A DNA stretch of 64,000 bases from a virus (IMGVR_UViG_3300031669_000001:1-64000); one strand, 5' to 3'. Shown: positions 52,479 to 61,095, counted from the stretch's first letter. Notes: a model not told the origin generated them from the letters alone. Numbers and translations: made by a program.

Positions 52479-53155
52479 GATCTGCTTTCTAATTCTTTTT
52501 CAAGATTTGGATCTATCTTCTTCACGAGAACATCAATCTCGTCTTGGGTCGGGGTGTCACGGTTGATACCTACTAACTTTCTCGCTGCATAACCTGTAGG
52601 ATGATTTGCAGAATCTGCAAAGAAGTCAACGATGACGTTGCTGACTTCTTCGATTGTTATTTCTAGCTCATCTTCTATCTCAGCTAGATCTTCTGCTTTA
52701 TTGAAAGCTTCAAGACACTTATCAAATTGTGGAGTCCAAAACTGATCTGTAGTGCGAGCGAGTTCTGCGGCGTAGGTGAAGTGCATGCCGTGATTTAGCT
52801 CTTTAAGCTTCTTCAACACGTAATCGTAGATCTTTTGTTGCATGACACCAAAGTTGATGCCTTCGAGGATGAGAGATTCTTTGACAGGTTTGTTTGCGAG
52901 CATTGACTTTAGCTCGGCTTTGATCTTCTTGGCAACTTCACCTTTCCAAGTAGAAGCATTTGAGAGGAAGTAGAGAACTACCCCCTTGCCATCATCTGCA
53001 TGATAATTGTCTGTAAGCTTATCAAGGTCTGCCATCGCATCGAGATAAGGCTTTGCGTAAGGACTTATATTTTTCCAGTCCTTACGAATATCGTTCGCAA
53101 TCGCCGACAGTGAACGATAATTCGCTGGCGCTTCTAACAGATCTCTAATTTTCAT
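52475..53155 (-). CDS. hypothetical protein
   Basis: Start at MKIRDLL (AAGGTGA SD). Confidence 0.65.
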   Translation of the reverse strand: MKIRDLLEAPANYRSLSAIANDIRKDWKNISPYAKPYLDAMADLDKLTDNYHADDGKGVVLYFLSNASTWKGEVAKKIKAELKSMLANKPVKESLILEGINFGVMQQKIYDYVLKKLKELNHGMHFTYAAELARTTDQFWTPQFDKCLEAFNKAEDLAEIEDELEITIEEVSNVIVDFFADSANHPTGYAARKLVGINRDTPTQDEIDVLVKKIDPNLEKELESRS

Positions 53156-53196
53156 TATTTCACCTTGCATAATTCCTTAGTTTTATTCTTCATGGA

Positions 53197-53204
53197 CATA
53201 AATA
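53197..53204 (+). promoter_or_regulatory. T4-type late promoter candidate (+ strand)
   Basis: CATAAATA 18 nt upstream of ATG 53222, followed by a GAGGA SD. Confidence 0.35.
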
Positions 53205-53221
53205 ATAATTTTGAGGATTAA

Positions 53222-53908
53222 ATGTATCACTTCACATATCAAACAACAAATCTTATCAATGGTCATATTTATATTGGAGTACACTCAACTCTATTATTAA
53301 ATGACGAATATCTTGGTTCTGGTAAAATACTCAAACAGGCAATCTCAAAATATGGAAAAGAACATTTCAAAAGACAAATTTTATGTTTTTATGATTCATT
53401 TGAGAAAGCACTACAGGCAGAGAAAGAGATCGTAACAGAAGAATTTATCAGCAGGCCAGATACTTATAATCTAAATATTGGAGGTCACGGCTCCTGGCAT
53501 CATAGACGCGGAATTAAAATGTTAGACGAAACGAAACGAAAAATATCTGCAAAATTAAAGGGGCGAGAATTCTCAAAAGAACACAAATCTAAATTAGGTC
53601 ATATTAAAACTATAGAAGAACGAGAAAGAATTTCTAAGGCATTAAAGGGAAGATCTTTTTCAGAAGCTCATAAACAAAAGATAAAAGAATCTCATGCAAA
53701 CGTTTCTGGAAAAAATAATCCAATGTTTGGAAAAGGACCAACAAAAGGTTCTTTTAATAGCGAAAATCATCCCCGTGCAAAAAAGATTACTATAGACGGT
53801 GTTACTTATTCTTCAGGGCTTCAAGCTGTTAAAGCTCTCGGTAGAGCTCGCGTCTATAAATTTGTCAAGTTGCGCCGTGATGATCAACAGGCTGGAATTC
53901 AAGCTTAG
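53222..53908 (+). CDS. GIY-YIG homing endonuclease with NUMOD3-like repeats (+ strand)
   Basis: HFTYQTTNLINGHIYIGVH, then repeated K..S..LKGR.FSxEHK units. AT-rich. Its 3' end overlaps the convergent gene by 44 nt. Confidence 0.8.
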   Translation: MYHFTYQTTNLINGHIYIGVHSTLLLNDEYLGSGKILKQAISKYGKEHFKRQILCFYDSFEKALQAEKEIVTEEFISRPDTYNLNIGGHGSWHHRRGIKMLDETKRKISAKLKGREFSKEHKSKLGHIKTIEERERISKALKGRSFSEAHKQKIKESHANVSGKNNPMFGKGPTKGSFNSENHPRAKKITIDGVTYSSGLQAVKALGRARVYKFVKLRRDDQQAGIQA

Positions 53909-54527
53909 ACATTATATTCTCGACTTCATTAAAACTGATTGGATAGAAATTGTGAGAATCAACACCAACATCCAAAATTTTCCCCTTGAAAGGATATTTT
54001 AATCCACCATGAGAATGGCCATGGAGCATAAACGATGAATGATGAGCTTTATTCCATGTCAGCATCGCGTAGTGACTCATCACGATCATCTGGTTGCCAA
54101 CGTTGATCTCGAGATAGTCAACGCACTTCTCAAACTTCGATTGCAGGAAGTTTGACATCTTGATTCCCTTGTCATGGTTCCCATAGACCAAGATCTTCTT
54201 GCCGTTTAGCTGATCAAGGATGCGACCGGTCTTTGCTTCATCGTAGAATGCAATGTCGCCGATCATATAGACGGTATCATCAGGTTGAATTCTGGAATTG
54301 TGTTTACGGATCATCTCTGTGTCCATGACCTTGACTGCTTCATACAGAGAATTTTTGTAGATGCGCTTGAGTTGATCGACGGTGGATGATCCACTGTATC
54401 GACTTGCAACTGCGTCATCGTAATCCCGCTTGTGTTTGATGAGTGCAGCGTCTGCGAACGGACGCTTGCAGTACCAGATAACGTTGCCGTGTCCGTAATG
54501 TTGATCGCTTGTGAAAAATATTGCCAT
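53865..54527 (-). CDS. calcineurin-like metallophosphoesterase
   Basis: FFTSDQHYGH, IGDIA, YGNHD, MSHY and HGHSHGG motifs. Confidence 0.8.
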   Translation of the reverse strand: MAIFFTSDQHYGHGNVIWYCKRPFADAALIKHKRDYDDAVASRYSGSSTVDQLKRIYKNSLYEAVKVMDTEMIRKHNSRIQPDDTVYMIGDIAFYDEAKTGRILDQLNGKKILVYGNHDKGIKMSNFLQSKFEKCVDYLEINVGNQMIVMSHYAMLTWNKAHHSSFMLHGHSHGGLKYPFKGKILDVGVDSHNFYPISFNEVENIMSKLEFQPVDHHGAT

Positions 54528-54558
54528 TTTGTTTTATTTGGTTAGTTTAACTCAGGCT

Positions 54559-54586
54559 ATTATAACACAACAGCCTGAAATGAACA
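54559..54586 (-). promoter_or_regulatory. early promoter (weaker -35)
   Basis: -35 TGTTCA, 16-nt spacer, -10 TATAAT. Confidence 0.45.
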
Positions 54587-54589
54587 TCG

Positions 54590-55168
54590 TTATTTTTTAT
54601 CTAATGACGTTATATAGCTGTCAGTTCGAGTTTCAAAATAAATCCTAGCAGCACGCTCGACCTTACCGCTTGGACCATCCTTAAAGCTGGTGACGTCTAT
54701 TGATAAGTTGTAAAAGAATTTGTAGAGAAGAGCTATCATCTCTGGGCCACCAGGGATGGACTCTGGCAAGTTTCCAATTATTGACTTTGGATCGAATGCA
54801 ACTTGTGTTAAGTTGTGATTTCTAGAACCTCTATAATCGAGCGCATTGACGTGGCTAGTGCTCGTAATGCGACAATCTTTGAATTTCATCTCTTCAAGAA
54901 TGTAATCATTTCCATCTAGAATTTGGATTGACAGGTCAAATTTATCACCTGCATTGCCGACTTCATTGATAGCAGATGCTGCTCCACTTAGAACGTCATC
55001 GTCGTATTCGAAGTAAAGTTCACCATTTTCTGGACCGTTGCAATAATTTTTCTCAGGAGGGTAGATGCTGTTGACCTGTAGCGAAACTGGTGACAGTCGA
55101 GAGTCACTAAAGACTACTCTGAAGCGGTTTGATAGTTTAGGTTGAAGGATTCCGGTAAAGTCTGCCAT
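54590..55168 (-). CDS. late protein, possibly tail-tube-like structural protein
   Basis: Late-type promoter upstream. LQPKLSNRFRVVF...VNSIYPP loosely resembles the gp19-type tube N-terminus. Start at 55168 (GGAGA SD). Confidence 0.35.
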   Translation of the reverse strand: MADFTGILQPKLSNRFRVVFSDSRLSPVSLQVNSIYPPEKNYCNGPENGELYFEYDDDVLSGAASAINEVGNAGDKFDLSIQILDGNDYILEEMKFKDCRITSTSHVNALDYRGSRNHNLTQVAFDPKSIIGNLPESIPGGPEMIALLYKFFYNLSIDVTSFKDGPSGKVERAARIYFETRTDSYITSLDKK

Positions 55169-55200
55169 GATTTTTGTATCTCCATTATTTGTTATGGAGA

Positions 55201-55208
55201 TATTTATC
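55201..55208 (-). promoter_or_regulatory. T4-type late promoter candidate
   Basis: GATAAATA followed by an ATAACAA box, 33 nt upstream of the ATG. Confidence 0.45.
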
Positions 55209-55221
55209 ATGGACAGAAAGT

Positions 55222-55815
55222 TTAGTGGAGATGCTTTTTGTGACGAGGTTCTAACTTGCGTTCACGCGCTAGACGCTTCGTTATCTCACTTAGACGGTTT
55301 TGTAGCTCACGAGGAATTCCATTCTCCTTACCACAACCCAGAGTCTTTCCAAGATTCGTTAGGTGTCGAGGGTAATGAGAGTAGACAGTTCGCTGCAGCA
55401 TAAACTTGTCGTAGTACGCTTCACCCCAAGGTCTCAACTTTCCATGTAGATAGTTTGCTGGGCCGATGTTGTAGGATTTCACCGCGCCTTCAGCCGATCC
55501 GGTCAGCATGTAATATTCTCGAAGCAACGCAACACCACGCGCGATGTTTTCACGAGGATTAAATGGACCGTCCTGTACTTGCATGAGACCATGAGATGAT
55601 TCCCTAGATGATTCGTTCTTTGCATCTTCTCGATAAGCTGATTCGATCCTGATGATGGCGAAGATGTCAGGCGCAGTTGGAAAAGAATTCCGATAAGCTA
55701 AGCGAGTTACAAGCTTTGTTATCTCTTTGTTTGGTTTGATCTCCCCACATGAAAAAGCTGGTTGAGCGAGAGTTAATGCAATTGCACCTAGAAAGAGCTT
55801 ACTTCGCTGTCTCAT
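55222..55815 (-). CDS. lytic transglycosylase (SLT domain) with signal/lipobox-like N-terminus
   Basis: IIRIESAY...SHGLMQV...YNIGPANY. The N-terminus reads LAQPAFSCG. Confidence 0.8.
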   Translation of the reverse strand: MRQRSKLFLGAIALTLAQPAFSCGEIKPNKEITKLVTRLAYRNSFPTAPDIFAIIRIESAYREDAKNESSRESSHGLMQVQDGPFNPRENIARGVALLREYYMLTGSAEGAVKSYNIGPANYLHGKLRPWGEAYYDKFMLQRTVYSHYPRHLTNLGKTLGCGKENGIPRELQNRLSEITKRLARERKLEPRHKKHLH

Positions 55816-55961
55816 TTCTTCTCCTTAGTTTCATCATTGTCGGCCTTGAAGCCTGGTTTGAATTGAGCTGGAGGTCCCATCATAGGGATGACTCTCAAAC
55901 CCTGATAGATGGGAGGTTTCAGTCCCATCCAGATGTGAATTTCAGTTCCTGTCTGTTTCAT
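55812..55961 (-). CDS. 49-aa peptide
   Basis: MKQTGTEIHIWMGLKPP... with an ATGA overlap with the SLT start and a TAATG overlap upstream. Confidence 0.35.
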   Translation of the reverse strand: MKQTGTEIHIWMGLKPPIYQGLRVIPMMGPPAQFKPGFKADNDETKEKK

Positions 55962-56095
55962 TAAAAGTACCTGAGATTTTTGATTGTTTCGATTGCAGCT
56001 TCTTTGAATGTCATATCTTCAAACAACCATAAGCCGTAACGATATTCAGAAATTGTTTGTCCAATCCAATTCGTCTTTTTGAGAGAAGAATTCAC
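55961..56095 (-). CDS. 44-aa peptide
   Basis: GTG start in a GTGA overlap (VNSSLKKTNWIGQTISEYRYGLW...). Confidence 0.3.
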   Translation of the reverse strand: MNSSLKKTNWIGQTISEYRYGLWLFEDMTFKEAAIETIKNLRYF

Positions 56096-56346
56096 AGTCC
56101 AAGCACCTCCTTGAACTTTCCGATGATGAAGTCGACTTCAACGGGTGTGAGATTGACGACATCATTCTGCAGCCTCTTACCCATGGTACGGATGAGATCA
56201 TTGCCAACCGACGGAGGAAGTTTCGAACGACTGCGATTGAAGAGCTGAACGTGCTTGTTGTCGAAGAAGACTTCGAGACGAATGCCGTCCACGAAGATAC
56301 GAGTTGTGTCGGTGTTGATACCGGACTTGATCTCGATATTTCTCAT
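56092..56346 (-). CDS. hypothetical protein
   Basis: 84-aa ORF. Confidence 0.55.
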   Translation of the reverse strand: MRNIEIKSGINTDTTRIFVDGIRLEVFFDNKHVQLFNRSRSKLPPSVGNDLIRTMGKRLQNDVVNLTPVEVDFIIGKFKEVLGL

Positions 56347-56405
56347 TCTTCCTCCGCGTTCATAGCAGCAACTTCTTCATCTACATAATCGTAAAATTCG
56401 GACAT
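56343..56405 (-). CDS. 20-aa acidic leader peptide
   Basis: MSEFYDYVDEEVAAMNAEEE with an AAGGAA SD. First ORF after promoter 56436..56463, ATGA-coupled. Confidence 0.3.
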   Translation of the reverse strand: MSEFYDYVDEEVAAMNAEEE

Positions 56406-56435
56406 TTTGCATTCCTTGTGATTTATGATAGAGTA

Positions 56436-56463
56436 ATTATATCACAACAAGAACAAAAGTACA
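56436..56463 (-). promoter_or_regulatory. early sigma70-like phage promoter
   Basis: -35 TGTACT, 16-nt spacer, -10 TATAAT. Confidence 0.7.
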
Positions 56464-56494
56464 CACTTTCGTGCTAAAATCTCAAGATTTAACG

Positions 56495-56671
56495 CTAAAA
56501 CTTAGGAAGTCCAAGCATATAAAGCGCGATGACGGAAGTAGCAGTCATAGCATCTACGAGGCTTATTACGTAGTTATGATCATGGATTGCGCAACGGAAA
56601 ATGTTTATTACCAACTGCGGAACTAGACACAGAAGCCAGAAAGAACAGAAGATTTGAATTACGTAATACAT
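56495..56671 (-). CDS. small membrane protein
   Basis: Start at MYYVIQIF (AAGGAG SD). Two TM helices. Confidence 0.5.
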   Translation of the reverse strand: MYYVIQIFCSFWLLCLVPQLVINIFRCAIHDHNYVISLVDAMTATSVIALYMLGLPKF

Positions 56672-56681
56672 GGAAACTCCT

Positions 56682-56846
56682 TTATGGAAACATTTTATCG
56701 GCAAATTTACCGCAAAGCTTGAAGAACTGGATGCAGAAGAAGCCGATGACGATCTCTTTGAAGAAGATGACTATCAAAGAAAATTCTGCGGCGATGATCG
56801 CCAAAACTGCAAATATCTTCAGAGCATACAAAAGTTTTGAGTTCAT
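56682..56846 (-). CDS. 54-aa membrane peptide (not in ORF track)
   Basis: MNSKLLYALKIFAVLAIIAAEFSLIVIFF... Confidence 0.35.
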   Translation of the reverse strand: MNSKLLYALKIFAVLAIIAAEFSLIVIFFKEIVIGFFCIQFFKLCGKFADKMFP

Positions 56847-56849
56847 GGG

Positions 56850-57191
56850 TTAAAAGCCACTTTCATTGTCACGTTCATCGTCACCACCTGAGTTGTATGC
56901 TGCTTGTAACAAAGTCTCAAGATGCTCTATCAAGGACTTATCACCTTTAGTGAGAGCATCATAGGCTTCACGAAGCTCTTTCATCTTGGTGACAGGATCG
57001 CGTTCAGTCCAGTGAATGTAGGTGTCAGTTGCATGATATGGAAGACCGCGAGCGTTCAGACAAGGATCAACATCCTTGACGTCCACCGCCCAATCTGGGT
57101 AACATCCGCGAGAGCCTTCAGATCCGATTTTGATATCGAGAAAGCGCTGACCTTTTGGATCATCTTTGTGTGCGTAGGTAACTTCGGCCAT
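56850..57191 (-). CDS. hypothetical protein
   Basis: Start at MAEVTYAH (AAGGA SD). Confidence 0.6.
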   Translation of the reverse strand: MAEVTYAHKDDPKGQRFLDIKIGSEGSRGCYPDWAVDVKDVDPCLNARGLPYHATDTYIHWTERDPVTKMKELREAYDALTKGDKSLIEHLETLLQAAYNSGGDDERDNESGF

Positions 57192-57195
57192 GATT

Positions 57196-57477
57196 TTATC
57201 CTTGAATGAGTTCAACAAACTCAGAATAGTAGTTGTAGACTTCTTGGTAACCGGAAGAATGACCGTGTTCCCAGGCCAGCGAGAAGCACTTGTCTGCTTT
57301 TGGATGACCTACGACATCAAATTCAGCTTCAAGGTCGGCTTTGAATTTAACTTCGAGACGGGTGTTCTCGGCACGATATGCTGCACGAGCTGCACGACGT
57401 TCTGCGGCTACTGAAGGTGCTGCAGATGAATTGAATTGAGGGTACGGAAGATGATTTTCGTAGTTTGCAAAATTCAT
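57196..57477 (-). CDS. hypothetical protein
   Basis: 93-aa ORF, first after promoter 57504..57531, with an AAGGAGG SD. Confidence 0.65.
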   Translation of the reverse strand: MNFANYENHLPYPQFNSSAAPSVAAERRAARAAYRAENTRLEVKFKADLEAEFDVVGHPKADKCFSLAWEHGHSSGYQEVYNYYSEFVELIQG

Positions 57478-57503
57478 AATTACCTCCTTGTTTCGATGGA
57501 GTA

Positions 57504-57531
57504 ATTATATCACAGGCAACAAAAAAGTACA
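57504..57531 (-). promoter_or_regulatory. early sigma70-like phage promoter
   Basis: -35 TGTACT, 16-nt spacer, -10 TATAAT. Confidence 0.7.
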
Positions 57532-57536
57532 CACTT

Positions 57537-58823
57537 TTATTCGAAAGTGATCTGATCTATCTTGAAACTTTTAGATTTTGGTGAAATGTAGTGTGCAGAT
57601 GATTCTGTTGGTGTAAGCAACCAAACCCACTTTGTTGGAGCTTTAGGATTTACTGAGTCACCATAGCCATCTGTGATCACGACGACGCAGTCAGGGTAAC
57701 GACCTTGATCTTTCTGAAGCCTCAAGCATTCTTCCTCAATGATTCGAAAGCTCGTGCCGCCGCCGATTCTAACGTGATCTCCAGGTTTTACAGGCGTAAC
57801 GACCGTGTCGAAGATGTAGAGCCTAGTGTCAAATATCCTGCGTTCCTCATCGAACGCCAGAAAGACCTTCTGAAAAATTTCAATGTAAGGTAAGCAAGAT
57901 CCAGAGATGTCCATGAACACGGCTGTTAGGAGACGATCTCTTACAGGTCTTTCAACGGCATTTATGCCTGGAAGAGATGCTTTGCTGCTCCTAATCACGT
58001 CATCGAAGCGGCGACTGTCGTGAGTGAACGTCTCTACATCCTTCTCAACCTGCTTCATGCTTGTCTTTTTAAGCTTGCGAATGATGTGAGAAAAATTGAC
58101 CTTCAACTTCTTGATCTTCTCCGCGATGATGTGTTCAAGCACTCCGGCAACCTTGCCGGCCAACAGACCGCCTGAAGCGCTGAAGAATGGAGGCAAGCTC
58201 TTGATTATCTTTTCAATATCAGCGACATCCAAATCTTCAGCTAAGGTGGCGGCCATCTCTGCTCGAGCGTGCTTCTCGACTTCTGTCATCGTTCCATCAT
58301 CATGAACGTCCAAAGTAGATGGGCCTCCAGCGCCTGAACTCTTAGGTGGTTTCTTGATCAGCTCCTCGAGGTAGTAGGTGAAAGTTTCATTTCTCTTGAT
58401 GAGGATAGGGTTCTCAAAGCAAGTATCGATCCAGCAGTACTTCTTCCAATCTCTAAGGTCTTCACGATCGTAGTGGAAGAGGTCGACTATCATCTCATTG
58501 ATCGTGATGTCCTGAGCGATGTTGACTAACTCTGCAGTAGCGCCTGGAACGTTCATGCCGTCGCGGATGCCGTGATCGAGGATGACGTGCATGCACTCGT
58601 GACAAACTACAAACAACTTCTCCCTGAAGGTCAGCTTATCCCAAAATTCTTGGTTGAGCTTCATCTCCGCTTTACCTTTGCGAGGTAGCCAGACGGCAGC
58701 CGTTGGAACGCTGTCATCAAATACCACGTCAGAGAGCTCAAAGAAGGTGAAGAAGACCTTGTTATAGTCCTCTATCGAAGCTGCGATTTCCAGCTTATCC
58801 TCTGATGACATTGAACGTCTCAT
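57537..58823 (-). CDS. HExxH metallopeptidase-like domain fused to vWA-like domain (DUF2201-type)
   Basis: VVCHECMHVILDH carries HExxH. VFMDISGSC is a MIDAS-like DxSGS. ATGA-coupled to the upstream gene. Confidence 0.7.
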   Translation of the reverse strand: MRRSMSSEDKLEIAASIEDYNKVFFTFFELSDVVFDDSVPTAAVWLPRKGKAEMKLNQEFWDKLTFREKLFVVCHECMHVILDHGIRDGMNVPGATAELVNIAQDITINEMIVDLFHYDREDLRDWKKYCWIDTCFENPILIKRNETFTYYLEELIKKPPKSSGAGGPSTLDVHDDGTMTEVEKHARAEMAATLAEDLDVADIEKIIKSLPPFFSASGGLLAGKVAGVLEHIIAEKIKKLKVNFSHIIRKLKKTSMKQVEKDVETFTHDSRRFDDVIRSSKASLPGINAVERPVRDRLLTAVFMDISGSCLPYIEIFQKVFLAFDEERRIFDTRLYIFDTVVTPVKPGDHVRIGGGTSFRIIEEECLRLQKDQGRYPDCVVVITDGYGDSVNPKAPTKWVWLLTPTESSAHYISPKSKSFKIDQITFE

Positions 58824-59023
58824 GAATCAGGCCCACAATCAATTCGCCAGGGACACACTATCAAGCACGCAGTTGAGCAGTCATCTTCTCCGTGACAAGG
58901 CGGAGCTTTATCACCACGAAGTGATTTGATCTCCTCCAATAGCTTGAGTCTCTCAGGAGAGTTGTGAGCTCCTGTATTGCTCAAGAATGCCTCTTCGTCC
59001 AACAGGTCTTGTAAAATGCTCAT
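58820..59023 (-). CDS. small Cys-rich protein
   Basis: 67 aa. The C-terminus reads PPCHGEDDCSTACLIVCPWRIDCG. Confidence 0.5.
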   Translation of the reverse strand: MSILQDLLDEEAFLSNTGAHNSPERLKLLEEIKSLRGDKAPPCHGEDDCSTACLIVCPWRIDCGPDS

Positions 59024-60318
59024 AGAAAGTTCATGTCATCTACGATCTTGCGACTGTAGAGCTTCTCGTTGATGTAGTTCTTTTCTTTAGGTGTAAAGAA
59101 TCCGCCCACCTTAGCGATGATCTTGACGATCTCGTGGAAGTTTGTTTCTTTGCGAGCATCTTTTCCACCTATACCCCAGAAGATCCTGATCAAAGTCTTT
59201 TCCTGACAATTGAAAAGTACGTCTACACATCTATTTGCCAGCTTTGCTACGAGGTTGTGCTTTGTCGCGCTCAAGCCTCTGATGTCGTTTTCAAGTGAAC
59301 CACCATTCTTGTATAGCAGGTCAAGTCTAACGTTGTTTATGAGAGCTGCGGTACCTTGATTCCCCTTATCGTCTGGAAGTTTATTGATCAAATCTTCCAG
59401 AGAATTTACAACTTCAAAACCCTTCTGCCTAGCGTACACAAACTCAGTGAACGGTTCTACAAGCTCCTTAGGCATTTGCCTTCCATGCTTCTTGAAGAAG
59501 TCCACAGCTACTGGGTCGTTAGCTTTTACAAGGTCAAGCAGCTTCGTAGCGTTGTTTATGTCTGCGACGAACGCTCCCGCTTCCGCGTCATTCGTGACCT
59601 TCTTGATCTGCTCGTGGAACGGTAAGCTCTTCAGCATGCTTCGAAGAGCTGAGACATTTGATTCGGTAGGTAGGAAGTCCTCCAAGCGGCAACCATTTGC
59701 GTACGCTGCCGCTGCGTAGTCAACTCGGCGAGGAGACACCATTCTTTGAATGTCACCAGGCAAATCCTTCCACCATTGAATGAAGATCATCCCGGTGGTC
59801 GGGAATTTTGCGTTGAAGTAGTCCTCGTCTATCTTGTATGGAACTTTGATTGTAACCTGGAAGCGATCAAGTTGTGCGGGATCGATGTGATTGACTGAGT
59901 AGGTGTCGTCATCATCTTCTGGATTGATAGCTGCCCAGATAACTTTCAGATTGTTGAGCTTGTGTCCGTTGATTGACTTGAACTGAATCAGCTCCATGAC
60001 GGCGTTAATCACCTTGTCAGGTGCGCGGTTAAACTCGTCGAGCATGATCGCTTCTATCTCGTCGTTCTCACACCAAGCAGGCCTCACCAACTCAAGAGTT
60101 CGCTTGTTTACACCATCATCGATGACCTTAGGTACCCCTACAAAGTCAACCCAAGGATCGAGGGTACTTGCTGAGAAGTACTTCCAGCGATCGCCGTAAA
60201 GCTCAGTGAAAACTTCCTTAATGACGGTAGTCTTGCCGACACCGTGGAGCCCACTCAGGAGAACGTTATAGTTTAGGATAGCGTACTGTGTCAGCCTAGC
60301 TTTGTTGATGATTGCCAT
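59020..60318 (-). CDS. MoxR/AAA_5-type ATPase
   Basis: LLSGLHGVGKTT Walker A and AIMLDEFNRA Walker B. First gene after promoter 60346..60374. Confidence 0.8.
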   Translation of the reverse strand: MAIINKARLTQYAILNYNVLLSGLHGVGKTTVIKEVFTELYGDRWKYFSASTLDPWVDFVGVPKVIDDGVNKRTLELVRPAWCENDEIEAIMLDEFNRAPDKVINAVMELIQFKSINGHKLNNLKVIWAAINPEDDDDTYSVNHIDPAQLDRFQVTIKVPYKIDEDYFNAKFPTTGMIFIQWWKDLPGDIQRMVSPRRVDYAAAAYANGCRLEDFLPTESNVSALRSMLKSLPFHEQIKKVTNDAEAGAFVADINNATKLLDLVKANDPVAVDFFKKHGRQMPKELVEPFTEFVYARQKGFEVVNSLEDLINKLPDDKGNQGTAALINNVRLDLLYKNGGSLENDIRGLSATKHNLVAKLANRCVDVLFNCQEKTLIRIFWGIGGKDARKETNFHEIVKIIAKVGGFFTPKEKNYINEKLYSRKIVDDMNFL

Positions 60319-60345
60319 GATGTCTTTCTGATATGGTTGTGGTCT

Positions 60346-60374
60346 ATTATATCACGACATCAACTTAAAGTACA
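60346..60374 (-). promoter_or_regulatory. early sigma70-like phage promoter
   Basis: -35 TGTACT, 17-nt spacer, -10 TATAAT. Confidence 0.65.
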
Positions 60375-60375
60375 C

Positions 60376-60403
60376 AACAAAAAGGGCAGCTTGAGGGCTG
60401 CCC
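60376..60403 (-). terminator. rho-independent terminator
   Basis: GGGCAGC-n6-GCTGCCC then TTTTTG on the minus strand, directly after gene 60426..61025. Confidence 0.75.
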
Positions 60404-60425
60404 TAAATGAGAGGATGATTGAAGC

Positions 60426-61025
60426 TTAAGCGTAGTTAGGATTGGTGATAGTTGTACCAACCGTTGCAGCCGTAATCTTGAATCCAGATCCGTTTGTTGC
60501 AGGATATGAACTTCCAGAAACACCGATGTAAGCAGACAAAACGTCACCGGCTGTGTAGTCTTCACCACCTGTGAGAAGAGTCACAGAAGTAACAGCTCCA
60601 CCAGAAGCAGTTATCTTTGCACGAGCTCCCTTACCAGTTCCGCCAGTAAGTTGAACAACGAAGTCAGTCAGATTAGGGTAACCTGTACCACCAACCAACG
60701 AGCCAAGAGTTAGAATCTCTGGACGAGGACCAGCAGGAACGAAACTTCCAGCTTCAACGGCTGCTACGATAGCATTAAAAGCTGCAACAACGTGAGCATT
60801 GACACTTAATGTTCCTGGAGCTGCACTAGACGCAGCTGGATAATCAGTTATAACAGCAAATGAATCGCTTGCTGGACCTACATTGCTACCTACTCTGATG
60901 GTAGTTGTAGCTGCAGTAGCTGCAGTAGAATCTGTATAACTGTCGACGGTGATACCATCGAAAACGATAACGTCAGCGCTATCAGTGTGAACGTTGACTG
61001 TGTATTTTGTACCTGTACCTGCCAT
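60426..61025 (-). CDS. late Ala/Gly/Thr-rich protein (probable virion/surface protein)
   Basis: 199 aa with its own TATAAATA promoter, a strong GAGGAG SD and its own terminator. Confidence 0.65.
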   Translation of the reverse strand: MAGTGTKYTVNVHTDSADVIVFDGITVDSYTDSTAATAATTTIRVGSNVGPASDSFAVITDYPAASSAAPGTLSVNAHVVAAFNAIVAAVEAGSFVPAGPRPEILTLGSLVGGTGYPNLTDFVVQLTGGTGKGARAKITASGGAVTSVTLLTGGEDYTAGDVLSAYIGVSGSSYPATNGSGFKITAATVGTTITNPNYA

Positions 61026-61080
61026 GATGAACTCCTCTTAAATTCGTTGACGAAATGTGCGTCGATGATTGTTATGCAGT

Positions 61081-61088
61081 TATTTATA
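61081..61088 (-). promoter_or_regulatory. T4-type late promoter candidate
   Basis: Exact TATAAATA followed by an ATAACAAT box, placed directly after a terminator. Confidence 0.5.
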
Positions 61089-61095
61089 GCGATAT

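Noticed and set aside
53265-53272. TATAAATA on the minus strand inside the + strand GIY-YIG gene, as a late promoter for 52475..53155.
   Set aside because: It lies about 110 nt from the start codon within a very AT-rich coding region, where the octamer is likely to occur by chance.
54553-54581. The CAGGCT...AGCCTG inverted repeat as a terminator after gene 54590..55168.
   Set aside because: The stem is short (6 bp), its 13-nt loop contains the -10 box of promoter 54559..54586, and no T-tract follows. It is more likely incidental or promoter-associated.
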